A stretch of DNA of 64,000 nucleotides from Octopus vulgaris (Eukaryota), in contig OX597824.1 of the NCBI GenBank assembly GCA_951406725.2, forward strand, positions 19,530,001 through 19,594,000, in the 5' to 3' direction. A model generated the notes under the pieces. That model was given only the letters and a program-made list of their open reading frames with translations, had not been told where the DNA came from and searched no databases. A program made the translations under genes and the position numbers. The first letter of the stretch is position 1. Every line of letters begins with the position of its first letter. Of this stretch, positions 27,843 to 39,892 are shown piece after piece.

Positions 27843-28170
27843 AGTGAAGGCGCGTGGCTTAGTGGTTAGGGCATTCGGCTCACGATCGTACGGTCGTGAG
27901 TTCAATTCCCGGCGATGCGTTGTGTCCTTGAGCAAGACACTTTATTCCACGTTGCTTTCAGTCCACTCATCTGGCAAAAATGAGTAGTACCTGTATTTCA
28001 AAAGGGCCAGCCTTGTCACACACTGTCTCATGCTGAATCTCCCTGAGAACTGCATTAAGGATACACGTGTCTGTGGAGTACTCAGCCACCGGAACGTTAA
28101 TTTCACGAGCAAGCTGTTCTGTTGACCGTATCAGCTGGGACCCTCGTCGTCGTAACCGACGGAGTGCTCC
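27843..28170 (+). mobile_element. SINE family D (tRNA head plus CORE-like block)
   Basis: tggcttagtggttaggg A-box, gagttcaattccc B-box, gtgtccttgagcaagacactt CORE-like block. Confidence 0.8.
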
Positions 28171-28359
28171 ATGAATGCATGAATGCTTGCATGTATGAAC
28201 GTATACATGTATTTCTGCTATGGCAATATGTATGCGTGTATACTTAAATGTATATAGAGCTCTATGTACGTATGAGTATATTGTATGTATCTACGCATGC
28301 ATGTATGTGTGTGGGTCTTTATTCATCTATGTATAAATATATAAATGTACTTACATATA

Positions 28360-29204
28360 CGTGGTTTGATTAATAAGTATCCGGATTGTTGCCATAGTAA
28401 CGAAGCTAAAGCACGGTGAGTAAAGCCGCTCTGCATAGATTGACCTTGAACTTTGATGCCCCTGTGCATTAAGTTTTAGCGTTCTAGCTCATTTACTCTG
28501 TTTACAGCAGTGCATTGAAGGAACGTGTGTAGCGTGCGATCGTCGCATTGACCATGATACAGAAAGTTGAGCAGAGCATCTGCATCAAATTTTGCCAAAA
28601 GCTTGGCGATACCTGCTCAAAGGCCTAAGCAAAGTTTTCAAAAAATTTCCATCGTTCACGACACAGTCAAAGAGATCTTGTGCAACTGAAACCGGATTAT
28701 CTTTTTGGTCAGCTGAAAGCAGTTTTGGCACAAAACCAGCAGACACGCGTCTCGTACCTAAATCTTCGGTGATAATAGACAGAACTGAACCGTAGCTAAT
28801 CTGCACATTCTCTGATAACTCACGGCTGGTGATTCGACGATTTGCCGTCACAGCTTCACGCACATCAGCGATTTCTCCTCTATTCTGTTAGGTACGAGTT
28901 TCCCAAAACGTTCGTCAATATCGACATTTTCTTGGCAATCTTTGAAACGTCTGAAACACTCGTATACTTGTGTGCGGCTTATACACTCCTCTCCATACTC
29001 TTTCTGCAACTTCGCGTAGGCCTCTGAGCAGGTATCGCCATGATAACTTCCTATGTCATGGTCAATGCGACAATCACATGCTGCACACCTTCCTTCCAAG
29101 CAGTGCTGTAAGCAACGGAAGTAAACTAGAACGTTAAAACTTCACTTTGCGTGCTTTAGCTTCATTACTATGGCAACAGTCCGGATACTTATTGATCAGC
29201 CGGG
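28360..29204 (-). mobile_element. Mariner-derived element built from two inverted 5' ends, with a transposase N-terminal relic
   Basis: TIRs ..taagtatccgga.tgttgccatagtaa.gaagctaaagcacg at both ends with TA flanks; minus-strand ORFs SRTQVYECFRRFK and RRIT..FVPKLLS. Confidence 0.85.
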
Positions 29205-29836
29205 TATATGGTTGTATGTATATATATATATATGATTTTATGCGCGTATGACTGCATGCAGGTACGTATGTATGCGCGTATGTATGAAAGAACACATTTG
29301 TATGTGTGTAAATATGTATGTATATGTAGGTCTATGTGTGCGTGTGTGTTTTCAAACTGTACGCGGAGCTTCGACGAGAACTTTTGCTCTTCTCCGCCAG
29401 AGAAATTCACAGAACGCTTTCTTGTATTTTCTGGGACCCTTTCTTTGGTTCTCCGTGCCGTGAACCAATAACGCCCTAACTAAACTTCCCTCTCATAGGC
29501 CCTGGTTGTAGGCCACAGTTTTCAAACCTACCTACATGTATTTTTGCATTGATCAACATCCTCTCAACGTGAAGGCCGTACTCTATGTGACCGTTTTTCA
29601 ATTTTTTTCTTCTAAAACATGTTTTGCTTAATTCCAGAAAATAAAAAGAAACCTTTTTGTTAGAAGAACACTCCGTGGATGTGTGGACGTAAGCATAAAT
29701 TGCTAAGAAACTCGCTTTGCAGCCACGTCAATTATTTTTCGGGTTCGGCCTCACTGCGCGGTAACTGCTGCTGTGGAACGGGCTGTCCAGTGACTTGGGA
29801 GTGAATTTGGTAATCGGGAACTGTGTTAAAGCCAGA

Positions 29837-29908
<72 letters not shown>

Positions 29909-29927
29909 ATCTATCTATCTATCTATA

Positions 29928-29958
<31 letters not shown>

Positions 29959-29973
29959 ATATCTATCTTTCTT

Positions 29974-30034
<61 letters not shown>

Positions 30035-30342
30035 TTATACATACATACATACATACATACATTGATCACATTTTTTTTCCTCTCCCCTTTTCTTTTTTTT
30101 CCTCTCCCCCCCCCCTTTTTTAAAATCCTCCCCTTTTTTGTCCTCTTTCTTTCCTTTTACGATCCCTTTTGATCGAAAACCAGCCCCCCTTTTTTTACCC
30201 CCAAAAGAAAAGCTCTACCTTGTAATTTGTTCTGTCTGTGTGCAGCCCTGTGTGGTTAATAAAGAAACATATCTATACATACATACACACATACATACAT
30301 ACATATATATATGTATGTATGTGTATATATATATATATATAT

Positions 30343-30373
<31 letters not shown>

Positions 30374-30381
30374 AGTATATG

Positions 30382-30419
<38 letters not shown>

Positions 30420-31019
30420 GGTGTGCACTGCCAGTTTCAATAACGTAGAGAGATCCGTAGTATTTATATGTAATACAGTATAGTGATAGGGGATATTAAA
30501 TAATAGGGGCTGAGGTTTTTGGATAATGTCCAATGAAAAGTGATAGAAATAACAATTCAACAGATGTAAAAACCAAACTCTTGAATATGAGACCATAATC
30601 AATCAAAGGAATATAAATATACTACCGACAGGAATTTGTGTCAGTTCTCGCCTGAAGATTGTGATGACATGAAACTCAAGATGTAAGATAAATTATCTGT
30701 TTCAATAAAGTATATACTGAACAACATGCATTCTGTAGCCTTTCGTCATTCCTTTAACAAACTTGACCGCTTGTGTGCGTGTATGTGTGTGAATATATAT
30801 GTGTGTGTGTGTGTGTGTGTGTAGATGTGTGCGTGTGTGTGTGTGTCTGTGCAGCTAGGCTGCATATACATGTGTTGTAATTTTGAGTTAGGTAACACAT
30901 GTAGGGATTAGCTTGGAAACATATGTAGTACAGGATTACCATCTGCATTCCTTACGCCCTTTAATTATGTATATATGTGCATATATACATACATACACAC
31001 ACAACTACACATTTATATA

Positions 31020-31093
<74 letters not shown>

Positions 31094-31303
31094 CGTATAT
31101 ACGTATGCATATAGGTATCTATGTGGGCGTATGTGTGTGGGCGTATGTGTGTGGGCGTTTGTGTATGTAAGACAGGGAAGGGGGCGTTATACTCTGGTAG
31201 ACAGATATAATACACAAAGAGACGAGGAGAGGGTGAGAGAGAAAGAGAGACTGACAGACAAAGAAATAGACAGATAGACAGACAGGTAGTTAGATTGATT
31301 GAT

Positions 31304-31358
<55 letters not shown>

Positions 31359-31516
31359 GTTTCTTTATTGGCCACACAGGGCTGCACACAGATGGGACAA
31401 GTTACAAGGTAGAGCTTTTCTTTTGGGGGATGAAAAAAACAAAAAACAAAAGAAACAAAAAAAAGGGGTGGCGTAGGTTTTCGATCAAGAGGGATCGTAA
31501 AAGGGAAGAAAAGAAC

Positions 31517-31721
<205 letters not shown>

Positions 31722-32191
31722 CTATATGGCGGACGGAGATATGGCGTTATAGACAGAAATGCCGTGTAGTAGGGAGAAAGAGGACGACAGATAAAGACCA
31801 TAAAGAGAGAGAGGCACAGAGTGAGAGAGAAAGACTAGGAGAATAAGAGGGAGGTAGTCATGCGTTAGTGTTAGTATTATTAAGCGTTTATATCTCAACT
31901 CTGCCCACCACTAATGTTACTAACACTATCATCACCTCCTCCTCCCAGGTCGTTTGGGCGCCAAGGGACCAAGACCGGGATAATTATTGTATAGCAAACC
32001 CATTGAATAATGGACATGAAGTGTATATAACAATACCAAATAAACGATGTGTATGTGTAAGCGTGTAAGCGTGTGTGTGTGTGTTTGTGTGCGTGTGTGT
32101 GTGTGTAGTTATATATTTAGTGTGGGTGTATACGCGTGTATGTAAGAGGATTTGTAAGCTGTAAATGGGTAAAGTTGTGCATGAATGTGCA

Positions 32192-32249
<58 letters not shown>

Positions 32250-32450
32250 CATACATGCGTATATAATTGAACATACACATGCAAATAAATACATATATAC
32301 GTAAATATACATATGGACATATCTTTATACACACATATATGCAAGCGTATGTATATGAATATATATATATATATATAAATGTGACCTCCTGTGTACCGTT
32401 GGCGATCTCTTTCCTCTGTCTTCCCTTCTCTGGATCTTTCCTTCTCCTAT

Positions 32451-32485
32451 GTTTCCGACGAAGAGCTCCGCTCGAAACGTTAAAC
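32451..32485 (+). ncRNA. Minimal HHR-like motif, family P1 (CCGACGA)
   Basis: gttt-CCGACGA-a-gagc tcc gctc-GAAA-cgTT-aaac, in an element at about 32380-32585. Confidence 0.55.
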
Positions 32486-32580
32486 CCTCCTTCTTTCCTT
32501 CTTTCCTGAGCGTCCAATAATACTATATTTGTTCCACGTCCTCGCGTTGTTGTGTTTTTTGTGTTTTCTTGTTTGGATCA

Positions 32581-32647
<67 letters not shown>

Positions 32648-32686
32648 CAGGTTTGTGTATGTATAAATACATATACGTACACACAT

Positions 32687-32721
<35 letters not shown>

Positions 32722-33046
32722 CACGCCATGATTGCTGTTAATCAAATTTTTAGTAATGCCATCCATCACTTGATTGATCTCATAAAGGTGCCCGGATGTG
32801 GTTTTTTAGTCCTGAGAAGGACCTACACTCTTTTCCACAGACTTGAAAATGAAGGACGCCTCTTACAGCAGGTGTTCACCTGGATCCTTATTTAATCTGC
32901 CCCGAAAAGAGAAAAAACAAAACTGACATCGGCGGAATTTGAACTAAGAATATAAAGACCCGGAAAAAATGTTACTAAATAATTTTGTCCGGCACGCTAA
33001 TGGTTCTACGATCTCGCCTCCTTTTTACCACTCTGTAAGGAATACC

Positions 33047-33278
33047 TATTTCTTTATTACCCACAAGGGGCTAAACATAGAGGGGACAAACAAGGACAGA
33101 CATAGGTATTAAGTCGATTACATCGACCCTAGTGCGTAACTGGTACTTAATTTATCGACCCCGAAAGGATGAAAAGCAAAGTCGACCTCGGCGGAATTTG
33201 AACTCACAACGTAACGACAGACGAAATACGGCTACGCATTTCGCCCGGCGTGCTAACGTTTCTGCCAGCTCGCCGCCC
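33047..33278 (-). mobile_element. SINE family A monomer with TSD aaggaatacc
   Basis: 10-bp direct repeat on both sides. Confidence 0.85.
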
Positions 33279-33940
33279 AAGGAATACCATCTATAAGGAA
33301 TCCCTCAGGTGGTCTTCTGAAGATTCCGTCTTCCAAATTCTACTTACGAAATCTATGCTAAATGATCAACTGGTCAAGGTGCCGCGCAATGAAACCGAAC
33401 TCGAAACCACCCGGATACGCCTGTAGGCTGTAAATATGCTTCAAGTACATGTTACCTGTAGGTCACAATACTATATGTGCGGTTACTATTAAGATCAATG
33501 ATCGATGCTTGTGACATAAATACTTAAACTAGAATAATTTCAGAAAGCTACAGATGGTGGCGACAGCAGCAGCAGCGGTGGTGGTCATGGTGGTAATGTC
33601 ACTGCTGCTGTTGGCAGTGGTGGTGGCTGTGGTGGCGATGGTGGCGGCGGAAGGGCGAAGAGGAAATTACTGTAGCTTTACGAAAGCTGGTTCCATCGTT
33701 AATTGTTTATAAATAAACATCTATAAATATGCAAATTAAATAGAAGCAAATTGTATGACTAAACCTTAATAAACACACGAGACGCCGCTTGGCAGCGTGA
33801 ATTAGCTGAATAAATAAATTACTAAATAAATAGATAAATAAATAAATTTCATCTGTTGTCTAAAATTTCTTTTCTACGATAGAAATAAAGCGTGAAATTT
33901 TGTGGTGAAGAAGTTATTCGGTTATTTAGACCAATACATG

Positions 33941-34225
33941 GAGAAGTTCTTAAGCATATCAGGCCGAATATGTCGCTAGAAGCTAGGATCACCAAGCATA
34001 GATTGGCATATTTCGGTCATATTATGCGGAGAAAATCCCTGGAGAAGGACGTCATGCAAGAGAGGAAGAGGCCGACCAAGAACCCGCTGGCTTGACACCA
34101 TCAAAAGGGATACCGGAATGGACATAGCCAATCTGAAAGAAACGGCCCAGGATAGAACTGACTGGAGGACACTGATCCAACGAGTGACCGAGAGTCGACT
34201 TCGACTGAGCGGATAGATAGATAGC
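33941..34225 (+). pseudogene. 3' end of an RTE/BovB-like LINE
   Basis: SLEARITKHRLAYFGHIMRR.SLEKDVM then RGRPRTRWLDTIK..LKETAQDRTDWR..VTESR, followed by a short (GATA) tail. Confidence 0.88.
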
Positions 34226-34843
34226 TCAACAGGTATTTATTTTATGAACTCCGAAAGGATGAAAGGCAGGCTCATCTTGTTCAATCGCATTGTTGTTCCT
34301 TCTCGAGCCATGCTTGGCTCATAAGGGCCGGTTTCCCAGTTTCCTTGGCGTATAGATTCCCCACCTGGACGGGACGCCGGTCCGTCGCAGGTGAGCTGCA
34401 AGATGCAGGAGGACAGAGTGAGGGCAAGTTGTGGCGAAAGAGTCAGCAGAAGTTCGCCATTACCTTCTGCCGGAGCCGCGTGGACCTTAGCTGTTTCACT
34501 CATAAACACACACATCACCCGGTCTAAGATTCGAACCTGCGATCCCTCGACCGCGAATCCGCTGCTCTAACCACTAGGCCATGTGCCTCCACGTTCAATC
34601 GCATAGAATGAGCAAATTCCATCAAAACTATCTTCAAAAAACAACTAACATTGAACATTACTAAAAATATAGTCGCAGGAGTGACTTTCTGGTAAGTAGC
34701 TTGCTTACCAACCAGATGGTTCCGGGTTCAATCCAACTGAGTGGCACATTGGGCATGTGTCTCCTACTATAAACTCGGGCCGACCAAAGCCTTATGAGTG
34801 GATTTGGTAGACGGAAACTGAAAGAAGTCCGTTGTATGCGCGT

Positions 34844-34913
<70 letters not shown>

Positions 34914-35041
34914 GTGCGTGTGTGTGTGTATGTGTATATATGCTCAATCCAAACATGAACAAGCAATGAAAAAGCAACAACGCGAGGACGTGGAATAAGT
35001 ACAGTTATTGGACGCCCAGGAAAGGAAAGAAAAGAAAGAGG

Positions 35042-35076
35042 ATTTCACATTTCGAGCGGAGCTCTTCATCAGAAAT
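35042..35076 (-). ncRNA. Minimal HHR motif, family P1 (canonical CUGAUGA, cleavage triplet mutated)
   Basis: Minus strand reads attt-CTGATGA-a-gagc tcc gctc-GAAA-tgtg-aaat. Confidence 0.5.
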
Positions 35077-35279
35077 ATAGTAAAATCGTAATAGAAATAT
35101 AGTAAAATCGCCAACGATACACACGCGATATATATATATGTATATATAATTAATTAATAAGGGTGATAGAATTAGATACTAATTTAATAGTAACGCTATT
35201 CAACACCGAGTGGCTCAGTGCACAGAGAAACCTGGATTATTATAATATTTTATAATATATTATAATATTTTATACATAA

Positions 35280-35479
35280 ATACATATAAGAGAGTGGTCA
35301 CTATGTGGCTCACTCTAGCACTAGAAATAGATTCAATAGGTTTCAACCACAAAATAAATGTTTCCCATGAAAGTCAGCACGATTGAATCGTGCTGACTTT
35401 CATGGGAAACATTTATTTTGTGGTTGAAACCTATTGAATCTATTTCTAGTGCTAGAGTGAGCCACATAGTGACCACTCT

Positions 35480-35490
<11 letters not shown>
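35280..35490. repeat. Perfect palindrome, 105-bp arms with a 1-nt spacer at 35385
   Basis: ..aagtcagcacgatt g aatcgtgctgactt.. pairs out to atacatataagagag / ctctcttatatgtat. Confidence 0.92.
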
Positions 35491-35559
<69 letters not shown>

Positions 35560-35560
<1 letters not shown>

Positions 35561-35592
35561 TAGCAGAGATACCCGGCGTTGCCCGGTTACAT
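35560..35592 (-). mobile_element. Helitron-like 3' terminus
   Basis: Minus strand reads ccgggcaacgccggg..tgCTAG|T, the same end as the element at 56070. Confidence 0.55.
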
Positions 35593-36079
35593 TCAATTGA
35601 AGAATTAGACTTTTCTGTTATATTTTCTGTTATGAGCTGGAATTTCTATGTTTCGAATTTCATCAATATTGCAGATGAGGGCTTTGTCCCTCTTTACACA
35701 CCCTAAAAAAATTGTAATCGTGCCACATGTATCCCATACTACTGATTTTTATTCGCATATTCCATAATTCCAGTGTTATTGAACCTGTTAAAAAGATTTT
35801 GCTCCTAAAAAATGAAGGTCATGGAGCTCTAAAATGTGAGAGTTAAGGCCCTTGTTGTGGGTGGGCATCTTAATGTCAACCAGAGAAGTTAAATTGTTAA
35901 AAATCTTTTTAACTTGGGTCTTATATCTATGGTTTGAATTTCTTTGAAATAGGAAATATATGTTCACTGGGTTTGTAAAAGAGAGCAAAGCTACAGGAAA
36001 CCAAAAGACGAATGATCACAATAAGCAGTCAGTTACCCTACCCTAGTCGTTACTTGAAGTACCGGTTCAAGAACTATGT

Positions 36080-36167
<88 letters not shown>

Positions 36168-36435
36168 CATATATGTATATAAATATATGTATACACAAAC
36201 ATACACACACACACACGCACACACACACACACACACACGCACACAAAGATAAATTGATAGATACAAGTGTGGGGGCAAACAAAAATATGAGACACTGCAT
36301 AGTGCTTTTTTATTTTTTGATAAGCCTGGTACTTATTCTATCAGTTTCTTCTTGTGAAACCAGTAAGTTATGGGGATGTAAATAAACGAACCAGTTGTGA
36401 AGACGAACGAGAACCATGGTTCGAAATTTCCTCAA

Positions 36436-36481
36436 GACACCTGATGAAGGCTGGAGGGTATATCAGCCGAAACGTTGTGTT
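36436..36481 (+). ncRNA. Minimal type I hammerhead ribozyme, canonical core
   Basis: gacac-CTGATGA-a-ggctg gagggtatat cagcc-GAAA-cg-TT-gtgtt; 5-bp stems I and II. Confidence 0.75.
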
Positions 36482-36536
36482 AACAACAAACAAGATGAGG
36501 TCAAATATCCATCAAATGTAAATAATGTAAATAATT

Positions 36537-36795
36537 ATAAAGAGTTGTCTGGCTGGCCAAAACATATTTTTAATCGTTGATGAAAATGAGGTCGATGACA
36601 AACAAAATTGTTATGTACTTATAGGTTCGGTTAAGAATCCTCTAAAAACGTTCTTAATGGAATGTTTGCCACTGCTGCAATCATCGCTCCGATTATCGAT
36701 GATTTGCTAAGGAATATGGTTATTCCAAGAGAAAGCTGTCTCCTACAATTGTCTGATACTGCTGGGTATAAGGTAGCTGCTGGAGAAGGTAACCG
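36537..36795 (+). pseudogene. hAT-like (DUF659/CGGBP1-related) transposase relic
   Basis: IKSCLAGQNIFLIVDE..YVLIG..FLMEC, frameshift, then IDDLLRNMVIPRESCLLQLSDTAGYKVAAG, resembling the VDE and LSDAA.YM..AG motifs. Confidence 0.55.
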
Positions 36796-36862
36796 AAGGT
36801 CTTCCATGTAACCTGCCTCTCCCACCTACTGTACAACTGTGCTATAAAAATGAAGAATTTCT

Positions 36863-37440
36863 TATTTCTTTACTGCTCACAAGTGGCTAAACATAGAGGG
36901 GACAAACAGGGACAGACAAACGGATTAAGTCGATTACATCGACCCCAGTGCGTAACTGGTACTTAATTTATCGACCCCGAAAGGATGAAAGGCAAAGTCG
37001 ACCTCGACGGAATTTGAACTCAGAACGTAACGGCAGACGAAATACTTATTTCTTTAGTACCCACAAGGGGCTAAACACAGAGAGGACAAACAAGGACAGA
37101 CAAACGGGTTAAGTTGATTATATTGACCCCAGTGCGTAGCTGGTACTCAATTTATTAAGGCGGTGAGCTGGCAGAAACGTTAGCGCGCCGGGCGAAATGC
37201 GTAGCCGTATTTCGTCTGCCGTTACGTTGTGAGTTCAAATTCCGCCGAGGTCGACTTTGCCTTTCATCCTTTCGGGGTCGATTAAATAAGTACCAGTTAC
37301 ATCCTGGGATCGGTGTAATCGACTTAATCCGTGTGTCTATCCTTGTTTGTCCCCTCTATGTTTAGCCCCTTGTGGGTAGTAAAGAAATAGGTACTTAATT
37401 TATCGACCCCGAAAGATGAAAGGCAAATTCGACCTTGGCT
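36863..37440. mobile_element. Nested SINE A: plus-strand copy (37157-37389) inserted into a minus-strand concatemer
   Basis: TSD ggtactYaatttat flanks the inner copy. Confidence 0.8.
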
Positions 37441-37510
37441 TCAAATGACTGAAAAAACTAAAAGAATAAAAGAAATACAATTACTTATAATTAAATTTTA
37501 ACCTCTTTTT

Positions 37511-37573
<63 letters not shown>

Positions 37574-37855
37574 CAACAATTGAGGGTAAAATTAATTAAT
37601 TATTAATCAATTTCACCAAGTGTTCAGTATGCAAAGGGACCATTTAAGGCGAATTCAAATTATTACATTATATAAAAGGGCTTAGTAAAATAAATTACTT
37701 TGCCGCATACTGAACTCATTAGAAATAGCAGCTAAAAAACTTTTTTAAAGCTATTTCTAATACTTAAAGAAAATCTCACTCATATAGTGTTTGCTTAATT
37801 CAACTCACAAAAGTTTAGGGGTAAGGACATCAAAAAATCAAATGCAAAGGTTATT

Positions 37856-37907
37856 TGAGAACGTACGTTTCAAGATTAGTCAAAACGACACTTCTATCAT
37901 CAGCTCA
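37856..37907 (-). ncRNA. Hammerhead ribozyme (inverted copy)
   Basis: Reverse complement of 38389-38440. Confidence 0.72.
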
Positions 37908-38388
37908 GAAACTCCTTGGTTTGGATTTGGAAACACTGAAAGTAAGAACATACCCTTTCGGCTTCTCATCGCTTTCGAAGATCTGCTCCTAACTAACAGT
38001 GCCAACAAACTCAAATAAGCAAGCGAAGAATTTCTGTTCTCCCCTTTCCACCAGCGTGGGTTAAAATCATTAATAATTTGAATTCGCCTTAAATGGTCCC
38101 TTTGCATACTGAACACTTGGTGAAATTGATTAATAATTAATTAATTTTACCCTCAATTGTCGAAATTATAATTAATCTCCCTCTAATTAATGCTTCGGAT
38201 TTTACCGAAATAAGCATAGTGTTTGATGATTTTAACCCACGCTGGTGGAAAGGGGAGAACAGAAATTCTTCGCTTGCTTATTTGAGTTTGTTGGCACTGT
38301 TAGTTAGGAGCAGATCTTCGAAAGCGATGAGAAGCCGAAAGGGTATGTTCTTACTTTCAGTGTTTCCAAATCCAAACCAAGGAGTTTC

Positions 38389-38440
38389 TGAGCTGATGAT
38401 AGAAGTGTCGTTTTGACTAATCTTGAAACGTACGTTCTCA
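38389..38440 (+). ncRNA. Type I hammerhead ribozyme, unit 1
   Basis: tgag-CTGATGA-taga..gtc gtttt gac..tctt-GAAA-cgtacg-TT-ctca; stem I tgag/ctca; palindromic ACGUACGU stem III; stem II imperfect. Confidence 0.72.
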
Positions 38441-38948
38441 AATAACCTTTGCATTTGATTTTTTGATGTCCTTACCCCTAAACTTTTGTGAGTTGAATTA
38501 AGCAAACACTATATGAGTGAGATTTTCTTTAAGTATTAGAAATAGCTTTAAAAAAGTTTTTTAGCTGCTATTTCTAATGAGTTCAGTATGCGGCAAAGTA
38601 ATTTATTTTACTAAGCCCTTTTATATAATGTAATAATTTGAATTCGCCTTAAATGGTCCCTTTGCATACTGAACACTTGGTGAAATTGATTAATAATTAA
38701 TTAATTTTACCCTCAATTGTTGAAATTATAATTAATCTCCCTCTAATTAATGCTTCGGATTTTACCGAAATAAGCATAGTGTTTGATGATTTTAACCCAC
38801 GCTGGTGGAAAGGGGAGAACAGAAATTCTTCGCTTGCTTATTTGAGTTTGTTGGCACTGTTAGTTAGGAGCAGATCTTCGAAAGCGATGAGAAGCCGAAA
38901 GGGTATGTTCTTACTTTCAGTGTTTCCAAATCCAAACCAAGGAGTTTC

Positions 38949-39000
38949 TGAGCTGATGATAGAAGTGTCGTTTTGACTAATCTTGAAACGTACGTTCTCA
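38949..39000 (+). ncRNA. Type I hammerhead ribozyme, unit 2
   Basis: Identical to 38389-38440, 560 bp downstream. Confidence 0.72.
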
Positions 39001-39177
39001 AATAACCTTTGCATTTGATTTTTTGATGTCCTTACCCCTAAACTTTTGTGAGTTGAATTAAGCAAACACTATATGAGTGAGATTTTCTTTAAGTATTAGA
39101 AATACCTTTAAAAAAGTTTTTTAGCTGCTATTTCTAATGAGTTCAGTATGCGGCAAAGTAATTTATTTTACTAAGCC

Positions 39178-39246
<69 letters not shown>

Positions 39247-39311
39247 GCTATATATATAATGTACATATGTAGGTATATATCTGTGTTCGTATGTGTGTAT
39301 GTATGTGTGTC

Positions 39312-39350
<39 letters not shown>

Positions 39351-39567
39351 ACCTAGGACGATGACGTCAGCACATTTCATGTTCCTCACACAGCAGGGTG
39401 CAGCATTTCGTCTGTCTTTACTTTCTGAGTTCAAATTCCACCGAGGTCGACTTTGCTTTTATCCTTTCGGTGTCGATAAATTAAGTACCAGTTGCGTGCT
39501 GGGGTCAAGCTAATCGAATGGCTCCCCCTTCCAAAAATTTCAAGCCTTGTGCCTAGAGCAGAAATGG

Positions 39568-39639
39568 TACATACATACATACATACATACATACATACAT
39601 ACATACATACATACATACATACATACATACATACATACA

Positions 39640-39672
<33 letters not shown>

Positions 39673-39693
39673 GCATACATACATACATACATT

Positions 39694-39724
<31 letters not shown>

Positions 39725-39859
39725 GCATACATACAAAATACATTCATACATACATACATACATACATACATAATACGTACATACATACATGCATACATAC
39801 ATACATATATGCATACATACATAATACATTCATACATACATACATACATACATAATACG

Positions 39860-39892
<33 letters not shown>

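Larger units (their letters stand above)
37566..39186. mobile_element. HHR-bearing retrozyme/Penelope-like non-coding array: inverted copy (37566-38070) plus two tandem 560-bp units (38071-38630, 38631-39186)
   Basis: Near-identical units, consistent with the triplicated ORFs in the track; (TA)n on both flanks; one HHR per copy. Confidence 0.75.

Noticed and set aside
27843-27915. tRNA genes at SINE heads
   Set aside because: A and B boxes are present but run directly into SINE bodies, and no complete cloverleaf was established
30645-30700. HHR-like CTGAAGA-tgt/aca-GAAA; similar weak matches at about 10850 and 52120
   Set aside because: No supportable stem I, stem III or cleavage triplet; may be decayed but is indistinguishable from chance
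37791-39065. Triplicated 75-aa and 65-aa ORFs as a small gene family
   Set aside because: Non-ATG starts, no recognisable motif, and they overlap the HHR; identity simply reflects the DNA repeat
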